64,000 bases of DNA from Thermoplasmata archaeon (GTDB taxonomy: Archaea; Thermoplasmatota; Thermoplasmata; Lutacidiplasmatales; UBA184): NCBI GenBank assembly GCA_028864975.1, contig JAGWLG010000002.1, forward strand, positions 24,043-88,042, read 5' to 3'. Under the pieces are notes generated by a model. It saw nothing but the letters and a program-made list of their open reading frames with translations. It did not search any database and had not been told where the DNA came from. The first letter of the stretch is position 1; each line of letters begins with the position of its first letter. The position numbers were made by a program, and so were the translations under genes. Positions 37,094-45,720 of this stretch are shown piece by piece.

Positions 37094-37654
37094 ATGGTTG
37101 AGCCACTACCTGTGGGGGTCTACTGGGGCCGTTTCAACCCGCCCCATCGCGGCCACCTCTCGGTCGTGCGTCGGTTCCACCGCGACTTCCGCCTGACCGT
37201 CGTCATCGGGAGCGCGGAGCACCGCGACGAGCGAAGGAACCCGTTCAGCGGCCGCGAGCGCCAGCAGATGTTCGAGGCCTACCTGGCCGAGGTGGGCATC
37301 CTTGACGTTCGCGTTACCACCTTGAGGGATGGTCCGACGTTGGACGGGGCGATCCATCGGCTGGTCCGTCGGTGCCACCCCGATGTGATCCTGCTCTCTT
37401 CCGACAAGGGTCGATTCGCGAGCACCGTCGCCCGAAAGGTCCGCGTCGTGAGGTTCGCGAGGAGGGGAGTGGTCTCCTCCACCCGGATACGGGCGGCTAT
37501 CGCGACCGGGAGACCGGATTGGGAACGGCTGACCGGGCGGTCCGTGGTTCGCCTGATCCACCAGTTCGGGGGTCCCGCTCGTATCCGAAGGGCCCATCGT
37601 TCCCGGAGGAGGAGCGCGGGGGTCCGTGAGGGACGCCGCCGTCGAACTCGGTAA
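37094..37654 (+). CDS. nadM: nicotinamide-nucleotide adenylyltransferase, archaeal type
   Basis: 'GVYWGRFNPPHRGH' (H/T)xGH motif, 'VVSSTRIRAAI' ISSTxxR motif; start taken at MVEPLPVG. Confidence 0.8.
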   Translation: MVEPLPVGVYWGRFNPPHRGHLSVVRRFHRDFRLTVVIGSAEHRDERRNPFSGRERQQMFEAYLAEVGILDVRVTTLRDGPTLDGAIHRLVRRCHPDVILLSSDKGRFASTVARKVRVVRFARRGVVSSTRIRAAIATGRPDWERLTGRSVVRLIHQFGGPARIRRAHRSRRRSAGVREGRRRRTR

Positions 37655-37661
37655 TGGTCCC

Positions 37662-38045
37662 CTACTTCGAAGGAAGGAGCTTCTCCTTCTTCCGGGAGCC
37701 CCGCAGCGCGAACGGGAACCGGAACGGGGGCGGAGGCACCCCTCCGCGAGCGACGAGCGCGCGTCGCCATCGGACCTCGTCGAGGGCTGCGAGGGCCAGG
37801 AGGATCGGGAAGATGCCCATCGTCACCACGGCGAGTCCGCCCCCCGTGATCCCTACCGTGTGAAGCCCCACGAAGGAGAGGAGGGCCCCCAGGGCCAGGA
37901 GCGCGATCACGACCAAGAGGTTCCTCGTCGTTCCACGCTGGAAGGCCTTGGGATCGGACTTGAAGCGCTCGAGCAGACCTTGGTCCAGCTTCTGCGTCGG
38001 GCCGGGCCGACCAGGGGCCGACGACCAGGACCTGGGCGCGCTCAT
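37662..38045 (-). CDS. small membrane protein, hypothetical
   Basis: 2 TM helices; coding-like GC3. Confidence 0.35.
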   Translation of the reverse strand: MSAPRSWSSAPGRPGPTQKLDQGLLERFKSDPKAFQRGTTRNLLVVIALLALGALLSFVGLHTVGITGGGLAVVTMGIFPILLALAALDEVRWRRALVARGGVPPPPFRFPFALRGSRKKEKLLPSK

Positions 38046-38112
38046 GGAAGAGCGCGAGAATCCTCTCCCCTTTTGAAGACGCAGGTCGAGCGGCGGACGC
38101 CCTGACCGTGAG

Positions 38113-38766
38113 GTGACGGGCCGAGGCCATCGATTTGTACCTCAAGGGATGGGAAGGTGGAGGAGTTCCGTGCTCGCTCTCCCTTCTGGCCTCCCGGCGG
38201 CGTCCTTCCTGCTGATCCTGATAGGGGACGTCCTGGTCTTCCTGCTGATCGGGCTCACGTTCCGCCTGCTCTCTCCACGCAAGCTGACCCCGATCATCTG
38301 GGCCTCTCCCGTGGCCCACCTGTACACGCTCTTTGCCGTGTTCCTGGCGCTCTATACGGCCCTCTCCTCACAGCCCCTCCTCTCCCTCCTCGGGTCCTTC
38401 GCCTCCTTCGGGGTCGCCGGGGTGATCGGCGCGTTCCTCGGCCGACCGGTCGGGCGAAGGATCCCCGTCTCGCTCCACCAAGATGGCCGCGCGACGTTCG
38501 TCGGTGGGAAGGTCCTGGTCTCCCTCCTGGTCCTGCTCCTTCTTCCTCTTGCGCTCGAACAGGCGGTGGTGCTCTTTGGCTCCCTCGCGCAGGTGCAGTC
38601 CCTGGTGGGCGCGCTCACCGGCAACCCTCCGTTCAACTTCCTGCTCGTGGGGGTAGGGTTCCTCTTCGTCCTGGGGACGTTCCTCTCCATCACATGGAGG
38701 TTCGAGGTCTGGGAGAAGCGCTCCCGCCAGGTTTCGGCGCGGAACGGAGGGACCTCGAAGCGCTGA
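38113..38766 (+). CDS. hypothetical membrane protein (approx. 6 TM)
   Basis: Hydrophobic periodicity; no motif. Confidence 0.45.
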   Translation: MTGRGHRFVPQGMGRWRSSVLALPSGLPAASFLLILIGDVLVFLLIGLTFRLLSPRKLTPIIWASPVAHLYTLFAVFLALYTALSSQPLLSLLGSFASFGVAGVIGAFLGRPVGRRIPVSLHQDGRATFVGGKVLVSLLVLLLLPLALEQAVVLFGSLAQVQSLVGALTGNPPFNFLLVGVGFLFVLGTFLSITWRFEVWEKRSRQVSARNGGTSKR

Positions 38767-38966
38767 ACTCGCCGACCGTCCTGGGCCAATCCCCTGACGC
38801 GCGGCCACTCAGGTTCGGGAGGCCCCGACCGCGCGCGCCGGTCTCCCGCTCGAGCGCGCTGGACGAATCCACTTGAGGCTTGGAGGGCCCCTGGCCATAG
38901 ACCTCCGCCCAAGGGTTTTAAGGCGCCAGGGCTGAGTAGAATGGACGATTAGGTCCCCTAACTATC

Positions 38967-39482
38967 ATGGCGACCAGCGTCAGAACCCTGCCCCCGACGG
39001 TCGCCCGCCGCCTCCCGCCGGAGGAGGTCGCGCTCTGGGGGTCGCTGGTCTCGGTGACGCGGAGCCTCTTCCGCCACCTTCAGCACGACCTTCGGCGTGT
39101 CGGGGTGAGCGTCCAGCAGTACTGGGTGCTGCAGTGCCTGGATGTCCATGGGCCGCTCACCGCGGGGAAGCTCTCCCAGTGGCTCGAGGTGACCCTGCCC
39201 ACGGTGACGGGCATCGCCGACCACTTGGAGTCGATCGGCTACGTCCATCGCTCTCCCGCGCCGGAGGACCGGCGGCGCGTGCTCGTCCGGCTCACCCCGA
39301 AGGGGATGCGGATGCTCCGCTTGCTCCACCAGCACCACGCGGACATCGGACGGGACCTCGCCCAGCTCGTGCCGGACGAGGAGCGCGCCGAGCTCACGCG
39401 GGCCCTGGTCCGCATCGCTGCGCGCCTGACCCCGGACCACGGCCCCTGTCCGGGCTGCCACGGGGAGACCGACCTCACCTGA
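38967..39482 (+). CDS. MarR-family transcriptional regulator with C-terminal CxxC-H tail
   Basis: 'VSVQQYWVLQCLDVHGPLTAGKLSQWLEVTLPTVTGIADHLESIGYVHRSPAPEDRRRVLVRLTPKG' is canonical MarR wHTH; 'CPGCHGE' at C-terminus; AT-rich TATA-like 'GGTTTTAAGG' about 45 nt upstream. Confidence 0.75.
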   Translation: MATSVRTLPPTVARRLPPEEVALWGSLVSVTRSLFRHLQHDLRRVGVSVQQYWVLQCLDVHGPLTAGKLSQWLEVTLPTVTGIADHLESIGYVHRSPAPEDRRRVLVRLTPKGMRMLRLLHQHHADIGRDLAQLVPDEERAELTRALVRIAARLTPDHGPCPGCHGETDLT

Positions 39483-39662
39483 AACGGCGCAGTTCGTCGG
39501 GCCGCTCCTACGGCCGCCCCGGTGGAGCGAGCCTGAGGTCTGGCGCGGATAGCTCTCGAACGGTCGCCTGCGAGTTCGGGAGGGGCGGTCCATCCCTCAA
39601 GAACCGGGGTCGGAACTCCGGCCCGACGCTCCGTTGCGCTGGAGAGTCGCCACTATCCTTAC

Positions 39663-42600
39663 GTGGAAGAGGGCCTGCCTCTCGAGGATATGTCGCCCAC
39701 GCCGTCGGGGCCCGCCGCGGCCCCCGTCTTCGTCGGCCGTGAGGCGGAGCGGAGCCGGCTCCAGGAAGGGGTCGATCGTGCCCGCGGAGGGCAGGGGAAC
39801 TCTTGGGTGATCTCGGGCCCCGCGGGAGTCGGGAAGACGCGATTGATGCAGTGGCTGGAGGGGGAGGCCCAGACCCAGGGGTTCCGGGTCCTCTGGGGGT
39901 ACTGCCTGAAGGAGGACGTCTCCCCGTTCTTTCCCTTCGAGCAGATCCTCCATCGGCTGGGCCCTCGGGGTGGGTCCCGCGGTGGGGCCGGCGCGGCCGA
40001 GGCGGGGGTGGGGGACGTCCCGTTCCAGGTCGACGAGGCGGCCGCCGTGGTCATCTTCGAAGAGGAGAAGCCGAAGCGCATCTTCGACCACGCGTCGGCG
40101 CTCTCGAAGGCGCATCCCTGCCTCGTGCTGGGCCGGGACCGTCCTCAGTCGGTGCGGCAGAGGTTCCCCGAGCTCGCTCCCTCCTCGCGAGTCCTTTGGC
40201 TGTCGAGGACCGAGGGGGAGGAGGTGATCCCTCCGAGCCAGCTGGACGCGTTGGGCGAGCTCGCGGAGAAGCACCTCCGCCAGCACGAGGGAGGCGTCGT
40301 CGCGCTCGCGGGCATCGAGTACCTGGTGAGCCAGAATACGTTCCTCCCGGTGCTGCGGCTCTTGCAGTTCCTGAGAGACGTCGCTGAGGGGACAGGGGGG
40401 AAGCTGCTCCTCTCGGTCCACCCCGCGGCCTTCGATGCCCGGGAGTTCTCGCTGCTCGAGGCCGAGGGGGAGGTGGTGAAAGCCCCGTCGGCGGCGTCGC
40501 CCACCGGAGGGAGCGCCGAGGAGCGGCCGTCGGGCCGGGGGACGAGCGAGCCCTCCTCCGCCACGCTCCTCCGATACGTCCAGACGTTCGAGGCGGAGTC
40601 CCGCAACCGACCGCTCCTGCTCCTGCTGGACGACTTCCAGTGGGCGGACGAAGGCTCGGCGCTGGCCTTCCAGTTCCTCTCTCGGAACCTTCGGCGGGCC
40701 CCCGTCATCCTCGTGGCGGGCGTCCGCGACGCCGAGACGCGGACCACGGTCGCGGCGGGAGGCGGGAGCCCCCAGGAGGGGGTCGTCGTCGATGTCATGG
40801 ACAACCTGGACCGCGAAGGGATCCTGCGGAGGCTGCCGCTGCGGGGGCTCGACCCGGGGGAGGCGCGCGACCTCCTCGAAGGCTACCTGGGGGCACCGCT
40901 CGCGCCGGGGGACGTCGAGGGGGCGGCGCAGACCCTGGTCGAGCTCACCGGAGGGAACCCGTACCACCTCCTGCAGGTCGTGAGCCAGCTCAAGGAGGAG
41001 GGGCTCGCCCGGGTCGAGGGGGGCCGGGGGCTCATCTCGCTCCCTGCTCCGACGGAGGTTGGGTCGTCGTTCGCGGGCTCTCGGGGGCGCACCTCGCTCC
41101 CGACGATCCGGCGCCTGGTCTCTCGGCAGCTCGAAGGCCTGCCGAAGGAGGACCGCGCCCTTCTCGAGACCGCGTCCCTCGTCGGGCGGGAGTTCGACCT
41201 CCCTCCCCTGGCGGACGTTCTAGGTCGCTCCCGGGAGGACCTGAAGGCCCGTGCCGAGAAGCTCACCACGCGGCCCCCGCTCCTCACGGCACGGGAGGAC
41301 GGGAAGCGCTACGCCTTCCAGAACCCGATCGTCTGGGAGGTGGCGAGGGAGGAGCTCTCGGCCGAGGACCGACGCCGGTGCTCCCGGACCCTCGCGGACT
41401 GGTTCACCTCGCGTCGTCCAGAGGAGACCGAGACCATCGCGCGCCTCTACTACGAGGCCCGGGACCGGACGAAGGGGCTTCCGTGGATCCGCAAGGCGGC
41501 CGACAAGGCGCTCCGGACGCAGGCGAGCGATGCGGTCGAGCGTTACGTTCGGTGGGCGGAGGACCTGCTGCGCGGGAGCGGGGAGGACTGGGAGGGACGC
41601 GTGATGGAGGGGGTACGGCTCGCGGAGGGGATCCGCGAACAGGGGGCTATCCGCGACGCCCGACGGCTCCTGCAAGGGTTGCTGGAAGCGGGGCCCCCCG
41701 ACAAGCTCCGTTGGCGGGTCCAGAGGGCGCTGGTCATGGCCCAGGCGGACATCGATGCGCGCGAAGCCCGCACGCGGCTCGAGGAGCTCGAACGCAGCCT
41801 CCAGGCAATGCCCGAGGCGAAGATGCCGGAGTGCCGCTCGCTCCTCGCGGTGACGCGGGCCCACGTGCTGACCCTCGCGGGCTCGTGGGAGGAAGGGCTC
41901 GCCGCGGCGCGCGAGGCCCTCCAGCTGCTCTCGGAGGTAGGAGGGGGAGACCCGGCCGAACGTGCGCAAGCCCTCTACGCGGCGGGGTGGTGCCTGAAAC
42001 AGCTGGGACGGCTCGAGGAGGCGCGCGAGCAATTCGCCCAAGGTCGCGCCGCGGCGGCGGTCGCCGAGCGACCGGGGCTGCTCGCCTCCCACATGAACGG
42101 CGAGGGGGCGGTCGCCCTCCTTCGAGGGGACCTCCCGGCCGCGCGCCGGGCCTTCGAGGACGCGGTCGAACAGTGCCGCAAGACGGGGAACGTCGCGAGG
42201 GTCGCCTCGATCCTGCTCAACATGGCCGAGGTCGCGTTGAACCTGGGGGACCTGGAGGCCGCCCGGAAGGCGGCCGAAGAGGCGCAGGCGCTGGGGGAGC
42301 GCTTCGACGTCCCTCGGGTCGCCGCCAACGCGACCTTCCGCATGGGCGTGATCCACCAGAAGGAGAAGCGATGGGAGGAGGCTCGCACGGCGTTCCAGGC
42401 CGCGCTCGAGCGCTACGACCGCTTGGGCCTGGCCGACCTCGCCTACTCCGCCCGGATCAACCTCGCGCTCCTGCGCGGGATCATGGGCGACCCTCAGTCC
42501 GCCCTCGTCGAGCTCGAGGAGATGGTCCGCAAGAGCGTGGGCGTCGACCTCAGGAACCTACCGCTCTATCACCAGGCCCGGGCGGAGCTCAAGGGGTTCA

Positions 42601-42815
42601 CCGGCGACTCCGACGGAGCGAAGCGCGAGCTCGAGCGGGGGCTCGAGGCCGCGCGTTCGACGCAGAACCTCCTCTCGCAGGCTTCCCTGCACGAAGCCCT
42701 GGGGGCGTGGGAGGATGCGCACGGGGACCCCGCGCGGGCCCGGGTCCAGCGCGAGCAGGCCGAGGCGCTCTTCCGTCAATGCGGACTACCGAAAGGGAGC
42801 ACCTCGCGCGGCTGA
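39663..42815 (+). CDS. STAND-type AAA_16 ATPase with DUF835-like domain inserted between Walker A and Walker B, and C-terminal TPR array
   Basis: 'PVFVGREAERSRL...WVISGPAGVGKTRLMQWL' (AAA_16 start plus Walker A), 'PFFPFEQILHRL'; residues approx. 150-270 'RVLWLSRTEGEEVIPPSQLDALGELAEKHLRQHEGGVVALAGIEYLVSQNTFLPVLRLLQFLRDVAEGTGGKLLLSVHPAAFDAREFSLLEAE' match the DUF835 pattern; then 'LLLLLDDFQWADEGSALAFQFLSR' (AAA_16 Walker B/hhhhDDxhWaD); about 550 aa of TPR-like helical repeats follow. Confidence 0.8.
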   Translation: MEEGLPLEDMSPTPSGPAAAPVFVGREAERSRLQEGVDRARGGQGNSWVISGPAGVGKTRLMQWLEGEAQTQGFRVLWGYCLKEDVSPFFPFEQILHRLGPRGGSRGGAGAAEAGVGDVPFQVDEAAAVVIFEEEKPKRIFDHASALSKAHPCLVLGRDRPQSVRQRFPELAPSSRVLWLSRTEGEEVIPPSQLDALGELAEKHLRQHEGGVVALAGIEYLVSQNTFLPVLRLLQFLRDVAEGTGGKLLLSVHPAAFDAREFSLLEAEGEVVKAPSAASPTGGSAEERPSGRGTSEPSSATLLRYVQTFEAESRNRPLLLLLDDFQWADEGSALAFQFLSRNLRRAPVILVAGVRDAETRTTVAAGGGSPQEGVVVDVMDNLDREGILRRLPLRGLDPGEARDLLEGYLGAPLAPGDVEGAAQTLVELTGGNPYHLLQVVSQLKEEGLARVEGGRGLISLPAPTEVGSSFAGSRGRTSLPTIRRLVSRQLEGLPKEDRALLETASLVGREFDLPPLADVLGRSREDLKARAEKLTTRPPLLTAREDGKRYAFQNPIVWEVAREELSAEDRRRCSRTLADWFTSRRPEETETIARLYYEARDRTKGLPWIRKAADKALRTQASDAVERYVRWAEDLLRGSGEDWEGRVMEGVRLAEGIREQGAIRDARRLLQGLLEAGPPDKLRWRVQRALVMAQADIDAREARTRLEELERSLQAMPEAKMPECRSLLAVTRAHVLTLAGSWEEGLAAAREALQLLSEVGGGDPAERAQALYAAGWCLKQLGRLEEAREQFAQGRAAAAVAERPGLLASHMNGEGAVALLRGDLPAARRAFEDAVEQCRKTGNVARVASILLNMAEVALNLGDLEAARKAAEEAQALGERFDVPRVAANATFRMGVIHQKEKRWEEARTAFQAALERYDRLGLADLAYSARINLALLRGIMGDPQSALVELEEMVRKSVGVDLRNLPLYHQARAELKGFTGDSDGAKRELERGLEAARSTQNLLSQASLHEALGAWEDAHGDPARARVQREQAEALFRQCGLPKGSTSRG

Positions 42816-43029
42816 CGGCAAGGGCCCGTCGGGGCGTGGGAGAGAGCTCCCTCCGGCACCCGGTCGAGCGCCTCGACCATCAGGGAGGCCTCCGATCCGG
42901 GTGGCCGGCGGACCCCTGCCACGTCGGAACGGAGCACACGACGCCGCTCTTGGCCGCCCATTTCCGGCGTCGACCTGACCTGTCCATGAAAGGGTTATTC
43001 TGCAGGCCCCGCGGTGCCTGGCCAAGCCC

Positions 43030-43812
43030 ATGTCCGGCGCTCTGGCCTCCGCGCTCCGGTGTCCCAAGTGCGGGACAGGAACGCTCGCCAAGCTCGCCAC
43101 CGGATGGACCTGCGAGCAGTGCGGGTTCGCTCCCTTTGCAGGGAGGGAGAAGGAGAAGGTGCCGCCACCGTCGCCGATCAATCCCCGCACGGTCGACCCC
43201 GCAGGCCGCCCCTTCTCCGCGTCCGACCTGGCGGCGGACGCCCCGCCGAAGGTACGGTTCAACTCCCTCGAGAAGCGCCCGGAGGCCCTTCGGGTGCAGT
43301 GGATGCCGGCGGGCGCGGGCCTCCGCTACGCTTCCCGCGTTTCCCTCCAGACCGTCCCCCCGGGGGAGAACGTGCCCCTCGAGCTCCTCGCCCACAATCA
43401 AGGGCCCCATCCCCTCTCGCTCGAGTACTACGTCCAGCTCACCGGGAGAAGCGGGGTGGTCGCGGTCTCGCGCGTCTACTCGGGCGACCTTCCTCCCGAG
43501 GGCGTCCTGGACGCGACGGTCCTACTGCCCCCTCCCGACGACCCGGAGGGCTGCCGGGTCTCCACCTATTGCCGGGCGCTACCGGCCACCGGACGCCTGC
43601 AACCCGAGCTCCAGCCGCCCGGTGTGGCCCCGGTCCAGGGGAGCGTGAGCCTACCGGTCCAGCCGACCGACCCGGACGTCAAGTTCCTCACGTCGGTCCG
43701 CTGCCCTCGCTGCGAGAACAGGATGGCGTGGGTGCCCGGAGGGCCCCGCAGGGCCCGGGCGTGGGTGTGCGACGCCTGCCAGCATCGGGTCGAGACGGGT
43801 CTGCTGGGTTGA
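43030..43812 (+). CDS. double zinc-ribbon protein (N- and C-terminal CxxC-x(n)-CxxC), hypothetical
   Basis: 'CPKCGTGTLAKLATGWTCEQCG' at N-terminus and 'CPRCENRMAWVPGGPRRARAWVCDACQ' at C-terminus flank a approx. 200-aa Pro-rich middle. Confidence 0.55.
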   Translation: MSGALASALRCPKCGTGTLAKLATGWTCEQCGFAPFAGREKEKVPPPSPINPRTVDPAGRPFSASDLAADAPPKVRFNSLEKRPEALRVQWMPAGAGLRYASRVSLQTVPPGENVPLELLAHNQGPHPLSLEYYVQLTGRSGVVAVSRVYSGDLPPEGVLDATVLLPPPDDPEGCRVSTYCRALPATGRLQPELQPPGVAPVQGSVSLPVQPTDPDVKFLTSVRCPRCENRMAWVPGGPRRARAWVCDACQHRVETGLLG

Positions 43813-44218
43813 GCGGGACGACGAGCGACCCCTCCTGCTCAACCTGACCCGGACAGGTCCTGAGCGTGGCCGATAGGGGTTCTTGCTCGCGACGCGGCCG
43901 GGACAGGTCGAACTCTGCGGGATCAGACCGACCGTCGGTGAGAGACGGGATCGACCCGGGTGCGACCCACCTTCCCACGCTCCGTCGGGAGGGCCCTCAA
44001 GCGACCATCACCGCCCCCCACACGGATCTCCTCGCGCCCTTCACAGGCCGTTGATCGGTAGGCCAGGGTCGCGCGGCCCCCACGGGGGCCAGAGGCGAGG
44101 TCTCCGCCCCCTATCGGACAGATCCCTTGGGGGAGCCTCAACGGAGGAGGGGGATCCTTGCTGGACCCTTCTTCCCCGCCGCCGGTCTTCCGTCCGAAGG
44201 GGAGGGGCTCCCGCTAGG

Positions 44219-44236
44219 GCACCTTTATAGAGAATC
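44219..44236 (+). promoter_or_regulatory. putative BRE/TATA promoter element (CACCTTTATAGAGAATCG) for marR-ABC operon
   Basis: AT-rich island in 70% GC background about 35 nt upstream of ATG 44260; same CCTTT(T)ATAGAGA core recurs at 61621-61634. Confidence 0.35.
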
Positions 44237-44259
44237 GAATATTTCCATTATCGAAACAA

Positions 44260-44772
44260 ATGAACGCTGTCGCCGACCCCCGGGCGTCGCGCGCCACGCC
44301 GGAGGAGAAGCTCTCCCGGGCCCTTGGAGAGCTCACGCGCTGGCGATTGAGGCTCGGAAGGGAACTGGGCCGCGCCCGGGGGATGACGCTCCCTCAGGTC
44401 TTCCTTCTCGCGGGCCTTGTCGAGAACGCCCGGATCCCGGTCACGCGATGGGCGGAGGTCACAGGGTCCTCCCCGTCGACGACGACGGCGCTCCTGGATG
44501 GTCTGGAGGACGCGGGGCTGGTCCGCCGGGAGCACGACGAGGAGGACCGCCGACAGGTCCTGGTCTCGCTCACTCCCAAGGGGCTCAGGATCGCCGAAGA
44601 GTTCCGGCGGGAGGGGCGCCGCCAATGGGAAGCGCTCTGTCGAGGCATCCCTGCCGCGGAGCTGGACCGGAGCTCCGCCACCCTCCGACGGATCCTTCTC
44701 AAGGTCGATCCGGAGCCTGCGGAGGACCCCCTTCGACCCCCCTTGAGGTCAGAACGCTGGAGGAACGCATGA
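44260..44772 (+). CDS. MarR-family transcriptional regulator
   Basis: 'MTLPQVFLLAGLVENARIPVTRWAEVTGSSPSTTTALLDGLEDAGLVRREHDEEDRRQVLVSLTPKG' MarR wHTH; 5-nt overlap with the downstream ABC ATPase; TATA-like 'CCTTTATAGAGAA' about 35 nt upstream. Confidence 0.75.
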   Translation: MNAVADPRASRATPEEKLSRALGELTRWRLRLGRELGRARGMTLPQVFLLAGLVENARIPVTRWAEVTGSSPSTTTALLDGLEDAGLVRREHDEEDRRQVLVSLTPKGLRIAEEFRREGRRQWEALCRGIPAAELDRSSATLRRILLKVDPEPAEDPLRPPLRSERWRNA

Positions 44773-45716
44773 CCGCCCCTACGATCGAGGCGACCGGCCT
44801 GACGAAGAGGTTCGGGAACTTCACCGCCCTCGACCACTTGGAGCTCAAGCTCGAGGGGGCCAAGTGCGTGGGCTTCCTGGGACCGAACGGTGCCGGGAAG
44901 ACGACCACGCTCAAGATGCTCACCGACATGATCTTCCCCACCGCCGGGGAGTGCTTCATCAACGGTATCTCGGTGCAAGCCGAGCGCAAGGTCGCGCTCG
45001 CCGACGCGGGTGTGCTGATCGAGAGCCCGGAGATCTATCCGTCCCTCACGCCCCGCCAAGCGCTCCAGATGATCGCCGACCTTCGCGGGCTGCCCGCCAG
45101 GGACACCAAGGGGAGGATCGACGAGGTGCTCTCCGAGGTGAAGATGGCCGACTGGGCGGACAAGCGCGTCGGACGTTTCTCCAAGGGGATGAAGCAACGG
45201 ATCAACATCGCTGCTGCCCTTGTCCACGACCCCGACGTCGTGATCTTGGACGAGCCGGCGACGGGGCTCGACCCGCGGGGGATGGCCGAGGTCCGCGACA
45301 TCGTCCGCGGTCTCAAGAAGCGCAACCGTCTGATCTTCATGTCGAGCCACATCCTTCAGGAGGTGGTCGACGTCTGCGACGAGGTGGCCCTGATCGACAA
45401 GGGCAAGCTGCTCTTCTACGACACCCTGGCCAACGTCACCTCGAAGTTCGCGGGGGGCAACCCCACGATCGACGTCGGGCTCGCCCGCCCGCTCGGCAGC
45501 GAATCGGCCCTCCAGGACATCGGGGCCCTTCCGGGCGTGACCTCCTGCACGTTGCTCGAGCCGAAGCGGATCCGACTTAGGTTCAACGGCGGCCCGGACG
45601 GACGGGAGCAGCTCCTGGCGAGCCTCGTGGAACTCCGGATCGGGGTCACGAGCCTCTCCGAACCTGTCAGCGCGCTCGAAGAGATCTATCTCAAACAGAT
45701 CGAGAAGGGAGACTGA
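44768..45716 (+). CDS. ABC transporter ATP-binding protein (ABC-2 exporter type)
   Basis: Walker A 'GFLGPNGAGKTTT', signature 'FSKGMKQRINIAAAL', Walker B 'VVILDEPATGLDP', H-loop 'IFMSSHIL'; start at MTAPTIE (44768) inside a longer six-frame ORF. Confidence 0.9.
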
Positions 45717-45720
45717 GGAC

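Noticed and set aside
40640-43648. 1002-aa plus-strand ORF (and many other very long ORFs, e.g. 801-1823, 9037-10578, 10764-12053, 15219-16964, 53038-54774, 53273-55327, 11669-12601)
   Set aside because: Translations are Arg/Gly/Pro/Ala low-complexity strings. Each overlaps in another frame or strand a gene with clear family motifs (STAND ATPase, P-type ATPase, MFS, malic enzyme, InlB protein). Long spurious ORFs are expected at 70% GC because stop codons are AT-rich.
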